Source: Spirochaetia bacterium (GTDB lineage Bacteria; Spirochaetota; Spirochaetia; UBA9216). From it: a stretch of 64,000 bases of DNA. Shown here one piece after another: positions 9,376 to 18,559 of the stretch. The position numbers and the translations under genes were made by a program. The stretch is from the NCBI GenBank assembly GCA_963675665.1, contig OY776510.1:2048001-2112000 (forward strand), in the 5' to 3' direction. How positions within the stretch are numbered: the first letter of the stretch is position 1; every line of letters starts with the position of its first letter. The notes under the pieces were generated by a model. That model was not told the origin of the DNA and searched no databases. It saw only the letters and a program-made list of their open reading frames with translations.

Positions 9376-10884
9376 ATGAATGATAAGATGCCGGAATACA
9401 TTCTTTCAGTTGATAAAATAAATAAGTCTTTTCCCGGAGTTAAAGCTCTGGATGAGGTGTCAATCAATGTTCGACGCGGAACCGTCCACGGAATCGTCGG
9501 AGAGAACGGCGCCGGTAAATCCACACTGATGAAAATACTATCCGGGGTACATTTAAAGGATTCCGGGACCATTACTTTTGACGGTGAAGATATAAAAAGC
9601 ACGACCCCTCATAAATCCATGGCAATGGGCTTGAGTATTATTTATCAGGAGCTGAATATTGTAAACACCATGACTGTGGGTGAGAATATTTTTCTCGGCC
9701 GTTTTAGAGAGCTGAAGGGAATGAGGGGAACCCATGCCAAGGCAAGAGAATTGCTTGACAGTATTGGGTCTACCATTGATACAAACACCCTGGTCGGTGA
9801 TTTGAGCGTTTCGGAAAAGCAGATGGTTGAAATTGCGAAAGCTCTGTCATTTGATTCCAAGCTTATTATTATGGATGAACCGAGCAGCAGTTTGACAGAT
9901 GATGAAATGAAACATCTGGCTAAAATAATTCAGCAGCTTAAAGAGCGCGGTATATCAATTATTTATATAAGTCATAAACTGGATGAAATATTTAATTTCT
10001 GTGACATTGTTACGGTCATGCGCGACGGTAAAGTAATAGATACAAAGCCTATTAAAGAAATCACACGAAGTGAAATGATTGCCAAGATGGTAGGCCGTTC
10101 AATTGAAAATGAATTCCCCGAGCGTCCCAGAAACGTGGGTGATACGCTGATGGAAGTGCGCTCAATAAATACAAAGAAGCTGAAAAATGTTTCGTTTAAG
10201 CTTAAGAAGGGAGAAATCCTTGGATTCGTGGGCCTCGTAGGTGCGGGAAGAACCGAGATAGTCAGGGCCATATTCGGCGCCGACAAGACCTACGGTCATG
10301 AGATTCTCATTGAAGGGAAACCGGTAAAGATTAAAGAGCCGATGGATGCAAAGGCAGTCGGGATTTCGTTTGTGCCTGAAGACCGGAAACTGCAGGGCCT
10401 GATTCTTCCGTTCAGTGTTGAATCGAATATATCCATGGCCAGCCTGGACAGGATGACTACGAAAATGGGTTTTCTTAAAAAGGGAAATGAAAGGGAAATA
10501 GCCGAAAGGCAGATAAAGGCTCTGGATATTAAAACACCTTCCGCAAAAACAAGGGCTGAAAGCCTGTCGGGCGGAAACCAGCAGAAATGCATTGTAGGCC
10601 GATGGATGGAACTTGAGCCGCGTATCCTGGTTATGGATGAGCCCACAAGAGGTATTGATGTCGGGGCAAAGTATGAAATTTATTTATTAATGAAGAAGAT
10701 TGTTAACAAGGGCGGTTCTGTAATTCTTATTTCTTCAGAGCTTCCCGAAGTTCTCAATATGAGCAACCGGGTGCTTACCATCTGTGATGGAAGAATTACG
10801 GGCGAGTTTGATCCCGAGAAAGCTTCCACCCATGAAATTATGGAAAAAGCATTTGAGTTTATTGATAAAGGAACAGAATCATGA
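9376..10884 (+). CDS. Sugar ABC transporter ATP-binding protein (RbsA/MglA-like, two NBDs)
   Basis: GENGAGKST, GLVGAGRTE, LSGGNQQK, DEPTRGIDVGAK. Confidence 0.95.
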   Translation: MNDKMPEYILSVDKINKSFPGVKALDEVSINVRRGTVHGIVGENGAGKSTLMKILSGVHLKDSGTITFDGEDIKSTTPHKSMAMGLSIIYQELNIVNTMTVGENIFLGRFRELKGMRGTHAKARELLDSIGSTIDTNTLVGDLSVSEKQMVEIAKALSFDSKLIIMDEPSSSLTDDEMKHLAKIIQQLKERGISIIYISHKLDEIFNFCDIVTVMRDGKVIDTKPIKEITRSEMIAKMVGRSIENEFPERPRNVGDTLMEVRSINTKKLKNVSFKLKKGEILGFVGLVGAGRTEIVRAIFGADKTYGHEILIEGKPVKIKEPMDAKAVGISFVPEDRKLQGLILPFSVESNISMASLDRMTTKMGFLKKGNEREIAERQIKALDIKTPSAKTRAESLSGGNQQKCIVGRWMELEPRILVMDEPTRGIDVGAKYEIYLLMKKIVNKGGSVILISSELPEVLNMSNRVLTICDGRITGEFDPEKASTHEIMEKAFEFIDKGTES

Positions 10885-11888
10885 GCGAACAAAAAATGTC
10901 AGGGAAAACAATTACAATGGATAGCGCAAAGATTAGAGGAGCCGTTGCAGAGTTTTCAAAGGAATATATGGTACTGTTCGCTATTGCCATTCTTTCGATT
11001 GTAACAATAATTGTTGAACCGAAATTTGCAACCATAGCAAATATGACCAATATCATGCGTCAGTTCGGACCTCTGATTATGGTCTGTCTGGGTATGACCT
11101 TCGTTATCATTGGAGGGTTTATCGACCTGTCTGTTTCAGGCACTATCCCGCTGGTTGTTGTTATAACCCATTCTTTAATTGAACCCCTGGGAATGGTTCC
11201 CGCATTGATAATCGGACTTATAGCCGGAGCGGTATGCGGTTTTATAAACAGTGTACTTATTCTTGTCAGCGGTGCTATAACCCAGGCTGAGGCATTGTTT
11301 ATTACCTACGGTACGATGGTAGTATTCGGAGGGCTGGCAATGCTGTATACCGGAGGGGTAACCCACTATCTGACTTACATGGAAGCGGATTATTCATTGT
11401 TTACGGTAATCGGATCCGGCACAGTTGGAATGTTTTCAGTATCGTTTCTTATTTTTCTTTTTGTCTTTGCAATTCTTTATATTTTTCAAAATAAAACTTA
11501 TCTGGGTCGTACTATCAACCTGATCGGCGGAAATAAAACTGCGGCCAGGCTTGCCGGAATTCCTATAAAGAAAGGCATAATCGCGATGTTCACCATAAAC
11601 GGTTTTATGGCCGGATTAAGCGGAATTATTCTTTTTTCAAGAGTCACGCAGGCTTCTCCGACGTTGGGAAAGGGGTATGAAACCCAGGCTATCCTGGCTG
11701 TTGTAGTTGGAGGAACCTCCCTGCTTGGAGGAAAAGGAAGCGTAATCCGTACCGTTATCGGTACCTTGCTTGTAATCCTTTTAGGCAATTGTTTGAACCT
11801 GCTGGGAGTTGATGTTTATATGCAGTATGTCATGAGAGGACTTGTATTGGTTGCAGCTATCTGGCTTGATACCAAAAGGCAGCACTAG
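10881..11888 (+). CDS. Sugar ABC transporter permease
   Basis: GFIDLS, IGGNKTAARLAGI and AVVVGGTSLLGGKG CUT2 permease motifs. Confidence 0.93.
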   Translation: MSEQKMSGKTITMDSAKIRGAVAEFSKEYMVLFAIAILSIVTIIVEPKFATIANMTNIMRQFGPLIMVCLGMTFVIIGGFIDLSVSGTIPLVVVITHSLIEPLGMVPALIIGLIAGAVCGFINSVLILVSGAITQAEALFITYGTMVVFGGLAMLYTGGVTHYLTYMEADYSLFTVIGSGTVGMFSVSFLIFLFVFAILYIFQNKTYLGRTINLIGGNKTAARLAGIPIKKGIIAMFTINGFMAGLSGIILFSRVTQASPTLGKGYETQAILAVVVGGTSLLGGKGSVIRTVIGTLLVILLGNCLNLLGVDVYMQYVMRGLVLVAAIWLDTKRQH

Positions 11889-11900
11889 GAGGAGACTGTA

Positions 11901-12869
11901 ATGAGAAATTTTTCTAAAGGTAAGATAATTATAAAAAACCTGACAAGGCAGAAGGCTGTCATGGCTATTCTGGCTATGTTTGTTCTTATGATGTTTTTTC
12001 CTACTTATTTTTTCACAAGTTATAATTTGCTTGATGTGCTGAATTCAGCATCCATATACATAGTTTTAGCTTTTGGAATTACACTGGTAATTATCGGGGA
12101 AGGCATAGATCTTTCCATAGGCGGCACATTGTGCCTCGGCGGAATTGTCGCTATCATGGCCATGAACGCAGGAATGCCTATCTGGCTTTCAATAATCTGT
12201 GCAGTGCTTGTAGGCGCTTTGATCGGGGCCGTAAACGGTTTTCTGGTGGTTTATCAGAAATGTGCACCCTTCATCATTACGCTCGGAATGGGTATGGTTC
12301 TGACCGGTGTTGCTCAGCAGCTGACTGATGCACACCCTATAACCCCGGATAATTACGAATTTATGATGATAGGTAACGGAACACTCTTTGGAGTTATTCC
12401 AAATTCGATAGTTATCATGCTGGTTGTTTTTGTTATTACGCATATTCTTCTCAGGTATACCGAGTTCGGAAGGAATATTTATGCCATAGGCGGAGATTAT
12501 GAGGTTGCCGAGTACTCAGGTATCAGTGTACGGAAAATACAGGCCGCAACCTATGTAATCTGCGGGGCTGCAGCAGCCTTTTCCGGTGTATTGCTGTCTT
12601 CAACACTGAATACCGGACACTCAATATACGGCGACAGAATACCGCTTGTCGTTATCAGTGCTGTTGTAGTCGGAGGTACTTCACTTGCCGGCGGTGTCGG
12701 AAGTGCACCGCTTGCCATGGTAGGATATCTTGTTTTCGGTGTTATGGAAAACTCAATGAACATGCTGCGGATAAGCCCTTATATCCAGGAAGTTATCAGG
12801 GGCATAGTAGTTGTAACCATCCTCTGCCTCGACAGTTACAGCAGAAAAAGAAAGAGGGAAGCTGTTTAA
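11901..12869 (+). CDS. Sugar ABC transporter permease
   Basis: GIDLSIG, FGRNIYAIGG, AVVVGGTSLAGG. Confidence 0.93.
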   Translation: MRNFSKGKIIIKNLTRQKAVMAILAMFVLMMFFPTYFFTSYNLLDVLNSASIYIVLAFGITLVIIGEGIDLSIGGTLCLGGIVAIMAMNAGMPIWLSIICAVLVGALIGAVNGFLVVYQKCAPFIITLGMGMVLTGVAQQLTDAHPITPDNYEFMMIGNGTLFGVIPNSIVIMLVVFVITHILLRYTEFGRNIYAIGGDYEVAEYSGISVRKIQAATYVICGAAAAFSGVLLSSTLNTGHSIYGDRIPLVVISAVVVGGTSLAGGVGSAPLAMVGYLVFGVMENSMNMLRISPYIQEVIRGIVVVTILCLDSYSRKRKREAV

Positions 12870-13165
12870 TGGTCAGGCATGTAGTAATGTTCTCTTTTAA
12901 AAAGGACGCTGAAGATGCGGAAATCAAGGAGGTTGATGCTTTATTTAAAGAGTTGCCTTCGGTTATTTCTGAGATTCAGAGTTTTGAATCGGGTGTGAAT
13001 ATCAGCCCCGAGAATCTTGATAAAGGTTTCACACATATATATTTATTGTCTTTTGCAGATGAGAAAGCTCGGGATATTTATCTGTATCATAAGACGCATC
13101 AGGCTTTTTCTGCAAAGGCAGGCAAGATATTTGATGATGTTATGGTAATGGATTATTTGGTATAA
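12869..13165 (+). CDS. Dabb family (stress-responsive A/B barrel) protein
   Basis: MVRHVVMFSFK...GVNISPENLDKGFTH...YLYHKTHQAF. Confidence 0.88.
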   Translation: MVRHVVMFSFKKDAEDAEIKEVDALFKELPSVISEIQSFESGVNISPENLDKGFTHIYLLSFADEKARDIYLYHKTHQAFSAKAGKIFDDVMVMDYLV

Positions 13166-13196
13166 TGTGTACGACTTTACAATTCGGGATTGATAA

Positions 13197-14156
13197 ATGA
13201 AAAAATATCTGTGCGGAGTTGATCTCGGCGGGACAAAACTCGCCGCAGGTCTTTTTCTGGACGACGGTACATTAATAGACAGGAGAACCGTTTTTGATCA
13301 TAAATGTCAGAGCTGCGACGGGATTGCCGAGAGTATTATTAATCTTGTGCGAGAACTTCTGAATGCAAATGATGTTGAAGATGAGTATCTGTATGGGATA
13401 GGAATAGGCGTTGCAGGGCATATTAATTCCAGAAAGGGATTGATAATTACATCAAGTAATTTCAAGGCCTGCTTTGATAATTATCCATTGAGAGAAAAGA
13501 TAGCAAGAAAGTTCAGCACAAGAGTCATTGTCGATAATGATGCCAACGCACAGGCTTACGGAGAATTTAAATTCGGCGCAGGTAAAAACTTTTCGGATAT
13601 TATTTTTATAACTGTAAGCACCGGTGTCGGTTGCGGAATTATAATTAACAAGCAGCTGGTCCGGGGAATGTCCGGAACCGCCGGCGAAATAGGGCATACC
13701 ATTGTTGACCCTCATTCCGATATACAGTGTTCATGTGGAAATTACGGATGCATAATGTCGATGTCCAGCGGCCAATACCTGCCCTCACTGTATCGGAAAT
13801 ACCTGAAACAGGGAATGGAATCCAGGCTTGGCCTTGATATTGATTCGGTTGATTCGCTTGACGGGTTGATGCTCAGGAATGGAATAAATCAGGGTGATGA
13901 AATCTGTATCAATGTTCTTCGGGATTCGGCTAATGCTATAGGAACCGGATTATATAATCTTTTTCAGGTTTTGAACCCGGAGATTTTTATTATCGGAGGC
14001 GGTCTGGTAAATATCGGGGAACAGTATATAGACCTGATTGAACAGAAGTATCTGTCATTGGTTAAGAAAATGATGTATGATAAAATTGAAATCAGGCCAT
14101 CATCTCTCGGTAAGGATGCCGGCTTGCTGGGCGCTGCTGCTTTAACACTGGAATAA
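13197..14156 (+). CDS. ROK family sugar kinase
   Basis: GVDLGGTK, DNDANA, STGVGCG, AGEIGH, CSCGNYGC. No N-terminal HTH. Confidence 0.92.
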   Translation: MKKYLCGVDLGGTKLAAGLFLDDGTLIDRRTVFDHKCQSCDGIAESIINLVRELLNANDVEDEYLYGIGIGVAGHINSRKGLIITSSNFKACFDNYPLREKIARKFSTRVIVDNDANAQAYGEFKFGAGKNFSDIIFITVSTGVGCGIIINKQLVRGMSGTAGEIGHTIVDPHSDIQCSCGNYGCIMSMSSGQYLPSLYRKYLKQGMESRLGLDIDSVDSLDGLMLRNGINQGDEICINVLRDSANAIGTGLYNLFQVLNPEIFIIGGGLVNIGEQYIDLIEQKYLSLVKKMMYDKIEIRPSSLGKDAGLLGAAALTLE

Positions 14157-14158
14157 AT

Positions 14159-14911
14159 ATGAATAAGAGACACAGACAAATATTAAGCATAATGTCGAAC
14201 GGGAAAAAAGTAGCTGTAAACAGGCTTTCCGAAAAGCTTGACGTATCACAGGCGACAATTCGACAGGATTTAACATTTCTTGAAGAGCAGGGCTTTCTGA
14301 AACGGGTGCATGGCGGCGCTGTGCTTGATGAAACAGATGACATCTCACACCGAATGGGAATTAACTATGAGCGGAAGCTTATGATCGCCAGAACAGCAGT
14401 AGGATTTGTGAAGGAAGGCGAAACAATTTATATTGAGTCCGGCTCGATAAACTCCCTTTTTGCACAGGAAATAATTAAAGAACGAAAAACTACTTCCATA
14501 ATAACGTCAAATGCGTTTATAGCCAGACAAATAGGGAAGAGCGCAGAAGGAAGGGTTATTCTGCTTGGGGGCATATACCAGCCGGAGAGCGAATGCCTGG
14601 TGGGCAACCTTGTAAAAGAATGTTTAAGTCATCTAAATTTCAGCAAGGCTTTCATAGGTGTTGACGGTTTTTCAAAAGAAACAGGCTTTACCGGTAGAGA
14701 TATGATGCGTGCGGATATAAACTCTGAAATTATCAGAAGAAGTCCCCAGTCTTTTGTTATGACAGACTCTTCCAAGTTCGGAAAAATTGCAATGTCAAAA
14801 TATTTTGACGCAAAGGATATCGATTATCTGATAACAGATAAAGATATTCCGGAAGAATATATAACATTCTTTAAAAATGAGAATGTTGAAGTTATCATTC
14901 CCGAAGGTTAA
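14159..14911 (+). CDS. DeoR/GlpR family transcriptional regulator
   Basis: VSQATIRQDLTFLEEQGFLKRVHGGA HTH; DSSKFG in the C-terminal sensor domain. Confidence 0.93.
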   Translation: MNKRHRQILSIMSNGKKVAVNRLSEKLDVSQATIRQDLTFLEEQGFLKRVHGGAVLDETDDISHRMGINYERKLMIARTAVGFVKEGETIYIESGSINSLFAQEIIKERKTTSIITSNAFIARQIGKSAEGRVILLGGIYQPESECLVGNLVKECLSHLNFSKAFIGVDGFSKETGFTGRDMMRADINSEIIRRSPQSFVMTDSSKFGKIAMSKYFDAKDIDYLITDKDIPEEYITFFKNENVEVIIPEG

Positions 14912-14931
14912 TTAAAGAATATTTTCAGTAT

Positions 14932-15909
14932 TCAGTACGCTACAATTGTTGTTCCGGCATTTCCGTCAAGTGCCGCTTCAAGGTTGTCAACGTCCGTGAT
15001 TATAACCTTGTGGTGCGGATTTGCCTGGATGAATTCTATAGAGGCCATTATTTTGGGGGCCATCGAGCCTACTCCGAAATGACCTTCGGTATAGTAATAC
15101 CGGGCTTCCGCAAGCGTTAACCGGGACAGTTTTACCTCGTCGGGTTTTCCGAAATTCAGACACACCTCAGGAACACTTGTAATGATTATGAAAGTTTTTG
15201 CCCCTACTGCAAGCGCAATTTTCATACTTGCAAGATCCTTGTCTATAACACAGTCGATACCTTCAAGGGTTTTGTCTTTCTCGTAAAATACCGGAATACC
15301 GCCGCCGCCGCCCGATATTACTACATAATTTCTTTCCAAAAGAAGTTTTATTGCGTCTTTTTCAACAATGTCGATTGGATAGGGCGAGGCCACAAATCTT
15401 CTCCAGCCGCGGCCGGAATCTTCCTTGAGCGTCCAGTCGGTTTCCCTGTTCAGCCTGGCAGCCTCTTCCTCGGTATAAAACGGACCGATTGGTTTTGTCG
15501 GGTTCTTCAGTGACGGATCGTTGTGATCAACAAGAATTTGTGTCGGTATGGTAACAACATTACGCCATACTCCGGCCCGGATCATCACATTCTGCAGACA
15601 CTGTTCTATCATATAACCCATTGATCCCTCGGTCATTGCATCGGCGACTCCAAGCGGTGTTTCAGGCACTGTGTCCTTTGCAGAATCAACCATAAGCATC
15701 AGGTTGCCTACCTGCGGGCCGTTTCCGTGTGTAAGTACGAAGTTGTATCCTTTTTCCAGAAGACTGACAACAGGTTTCATTGACGCCCTTGTGTTGGAAA
15801 ACTGCTGGTGGATATCTCCCTTTTCACCTTTTCTGATAATTGCGTTTCCTCCGAGTGCAATTACGGCGAGATCCTGTGAATCTTTTTTTTCAACCACTGC
15901 CTTTCTCAT
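14932..15909 (-). CDS. arcC: Carbamate kinase
   Basis: IALGGNAI, THGNGPQVG, PTKPIGPFY, GWRRFVASP, VIDKDLAS, GSMAPK. Start moved to the ATG after the GGAGG RBS. Confidence 0.93.
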   Translation of the reverse strand: MRKAVVEKKDSQDLAVIALGGNAIIRKGEKGDIHQQFSNTRASMKPVVSLLEKGYNFVLTHGNGPQVGNLMLMVDSAKDTVPETPLGVADAMTEGSMGYMIEQCLQNVMIRAGVWRNVVTIPTQILVDHNDPSLKNPTKPIGPFYTEEEAARLNRETDWTLKEDSGRGWRRFVASPYPIDIVEKDAIKLLLERNYVVISGGGGGIPVFYEKDKTLEGIDCVIDKDLASMKIALAVGAKTFIIITSVPEVCLNFGKPDEVKLSRLTLAEARYYYTEGHFGVGSMAPKIMASIEFIQANPHHKVIITDVDNLEAALDGNAGTTIVAY

Positions 15910-16027
15910 TATCCCTCCAAAAAAGCCGCCAAGGCTGACGGTTAATGGTATTATAAGGCCGTCCAGGCTAATCCGCAACTTTAATTAATTGGCTTGACTT
16001 CATTCTTCATAAGCATGAAAATAGCCT

Positions 16028-16183
16028 ATGGATATGAAAATGGCGCTGAATCTGTTTCTTGTTATTGGAGCAATACTTGTCTGTACTGCAGTCGTTGTTA
16101 TGGGGATAATGATCTACCGTTATGTTACCGGTATGAGGGCTCAGGGCTTTTTCGGCGGAAAGAAGAAGGATGAACAGGAGTAA
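16028..16183 (+). CDS. Small single-pass membrane protein (51 aa)
   Basis: Manual translation MDMKMALNLFLVIGAILVCTAVVVMGIMIYRYVTGMRAQGFFGGKKKDEQE; below the ORF-track cutoff. Confidence 0.6.
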   Translation: MDMKMALNLFLVIGAILVCTAVVVMGIMIYRYVTGMRAQGFFGGKKKDEQE

Positions 16184-16260
16184 CCGAATCTGGTGGGGAA
16201 CTTTTGCAGTATTTGTAATTGTTCTGCTTATTCTTCGTTTTTGTCAGTAAGGAAGTAATA

Positions 16261-16776
16261 ATGAAGAAAATGATAATAACAGCGGTATTTTTTATGGTCG
16301 TCTCATTTTTGGGGGCGGACTCTGCTCTGGATAAATTGTCCGGAGAATGGTATACCGAACCTTTTCTGATGGAGCAGGATTCCGGTTTGCTTACTGCGTC
16401 CGGGGCGGATTATGCTTTCCCGTACCGTGGTATTGAAAAAATAAATTTTCTGGACAGCGGATTTGTTGTTTTTACCGTTTCAGGAATAGAATACAGGGCT
16501 TTTTATGAGGTAGAGGTTCTGGATTTTGATAATTTCCATATACTCTGTAATTTTAAAAATGGTGAAGAGTTTATTCTAAAACTTGTAGAAACCGACCGGA
16601 ATGACTGGATGTATCTGTATCGGATATCCGGAAATTCAATTTTGCGAGGATCTTCGGAACCGGGTGAAGATATAGAGACGCCGGAGGAAGTTATGGAAGA
16701 AGTAACGTTTGAAGAAGAAGCGGTTGAAGAAAAAGTTCCGGAAAGTTTGTATCTGGGAATATTGAAAAGGAAATAA
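16261..16776 (+). CDS. Hypothetical exported protein
   Basis: MKKMIITAVFF signal peptide, acidic C-terminus. Confidence 0.65.
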   Translation: MKKMIITAVFFMVVSFLGADSALDKLSGEWYTEPFLMEQDSGLLTASGADYAFPYRGIEKINFLDSGFVVFTVSGIEYRAFYEVEVLDFDNFHILCNFKNGEEFILKLVETDRNDWMYLYRISGNSILRGSSEPGEDIETPEEVMEEVTFEEEAVEEKVPESLYLGILKRK

Positions 16777-16778
16777 AT

Positions 16779-16952
16779 ATGGATTTGGGAAGAATAGGTC
16801 TTTTTATAGTAATAGGCGGCGTAAGTATTTATTACGGGCTGTCACAGGGCCGGATCTCCATGATGATTCTCGGAATTGTGATAGCCGTTGTCGGCATTCT
16901 TACTGTAGTGGTAATGGGAAGAAAGAACAGGGATGACAACAAAAATAAATGA
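16779..16952 (+). CDS. Small two-TM membrane protein (57 aa)
   Basis: MDLGRIGLFIVIGGVSIYYGLSQGRISMMILGIVIAVVGILTVVVMGRKNRDDNKNK; stop overlaps the sppA start (ATGA). Confidence 0.65.
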   Translation: MDLGRIGLFIVIGGVSIYYGLSQGRISMMILGIVIAVVGILTVVVMGRKNRDDNKNK

Positions 16953-18559
16953 ATTATGCCGTGCTTGTACTTACAGGAACATACCGTGAAACAGAAATTC
17001 AGACAAGAGGATTAACTTCAGCGTCTGTCGGCCGGAGATTCAGATTTGATGTTTTCTATCTGAAGGTAGAATCGTTAATAAACAGAAAAAACGTACGAAA
17101 AATACTCATCGACTGCCGGAATGACTTTTCGACCGGAATATTCGCCGGGCTTGAAGAGATTCGAGAACGAATTGAAGCATTGAAGACTGCCGGGAAAGAA
17201 GTATTTTTTTATTCTGATTCTTATTCCGGGCCGCAGCTCTATCTCGCTTCAGCGTGTTCTTACCGGCTTCTGCATCCAATGGGGACGTTGAGATTTTTCG
17301 GTTTGTCTCAATCTTTTACTTTTATGAAAGGACTGATGCGAAAATTGGGTATTGATACTGAAATTATTCGCCGCGGACGTTATAAAAGTGCAGGTGACAG
17401 TTTCGGAAAAGACAAACTTGAAGATCCCAATCGCGAACAATATGAACATTTCCTTTCTACCGTAATGGAAACGATCAGCAGCGGAATAAAATCGGGGTTT
17501 GAAAAGAACGATGATGATTTGGCCGAGCTTCTTGACGGAAGGGTTCTTTCGGCGGAAGAGGCTGCTGATGCAAGCTGGATAGACGAGATTGTAAATATAG
17601 GCAGTTTCAGGGAACGCTGGAAATCCGAAGGCGACAAGGAGATTAAATTCAGGAAGACTCCGGTAAGGTCCGGAAAACGCTTTGTGTTTGGAACAGGAGA
17701 AGTTGCTGTCCTTGTTTTTGAAGGAGCTGTAATTGACGGTCATTCACGTCGCGACCCTGTTCTTGGGCAGGCAATAGGTTCTGATTCCTTTATTCCCCAG
17801 ATTATCAAGCTGAAAGAAGATAAAAAAGTAAAAGCAGTTGTTTTTCGAATAAACTCCGGTGGAGGTTCAGCATTTGCTTCGGAAAATATAACCAGCGAAC
17901 TGCGCCTTCTTGCAGAGAAGAAACCCCTGATTGTTTCAATGTCGGAAGTAGCCGGTTCGGGCGGATACTGGATGTCCTGCTGCGGCCGGAAAACATATGC
18001 TCTGCCGACAACGCTTACCGGCTCTATCGGCGTGATAAGCATCTATCCGTCGTGGCCCCGCCTGCTGGAAAGGCTGGGCATTAACCATGAAACTTTGAGA
18101 AACGGTGAACATGCCGATGCAGGATCGCCGCTTCGCGGGCTGTCTGTTAAAGAAAAAAGTATCGTCGATTCGGAAATTGACAATATGTATAAGGGTTTTA
18201 TTAACATGGTTGCCGAATTCAGGCAACTCCCGGTTGATGCCGTTGACTCAATTGCACAGGGAAGAATCTGGCCGGGCGTAACGGCAACCCGGCATAAACT
18301 TGTTGACGAGTCCGGGGGGCTGACCGATTCAATCAGAATCGCTGCTTCGGAGGCAGGTGTAAAAAACCCGGTTTTAAAATTTTATCCACAGGTAAAACAC
18401 AGCCTGGTAGAACGGTTGATAATGAATGTATCAAAGGAAGATGAGGAGACGATTGAGGCAGCATCTTTGATAAAATCGCTTTCGAAATTAATCGGAAAAT
18501 CTACTGTTAAAACAGGTCCTGTAGCGTTAATGGAAGAGGAATTATTCAGATGGATTTAG
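16949..18559 (+). CDS. sppA: Signal peptide peptidase SppA (S49, two-domain type)
   Basis: GRYKSAG (Lys), RINSGGGSA, AGSGGYW (Ser), TGSIGV, AQGRIW. Confidence 0.88.
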   Translation: MNYAVLVLTGTYRETEIQTRGLTSASVGRRFRFDVFYLKVESLINRKNVRKILIDCRNDFSTGIFAGLEEIRERIEALKTAGKEVFFYSDSYSGPQLYLASACSYRLLHPMGTLRFFGLSQSFTFMKGLMRKLGIDTEIIRRGRYKSAGDSFGKDKLEDPNREQYEHFLSTVMETISSGIKSGFEKNDDDLAELLDGRVLSAEEAADASWIDEIVNIGSFRERWKSEGDKEIKFRKTPVRSGKRFVFGTGEVAVLVFEGAVIDGHSRRDPVLGQAIGSDSFIPQIIKLKEDKKVKAVVFRINSGGGSAFASENITSELRLLAEKKPLIVSMSEVAGSGGYWMSCCGRKTYALPTTLTGSIGVISIYPSWPRLLERLGINHETLRNGEHADAGSPLRGLSVKEKSIVDSEIDNMYKGFINMVAEFRQLPVDAVDSIAQGRIWPGVTATRHKLVDESGGLTDSIRIAASEAGVKNPVLKFYPQVKHSLVERLIMNVSKEDEETIEAASLIKSLSKLIGKSTVKTGPVALMEEELFRWI

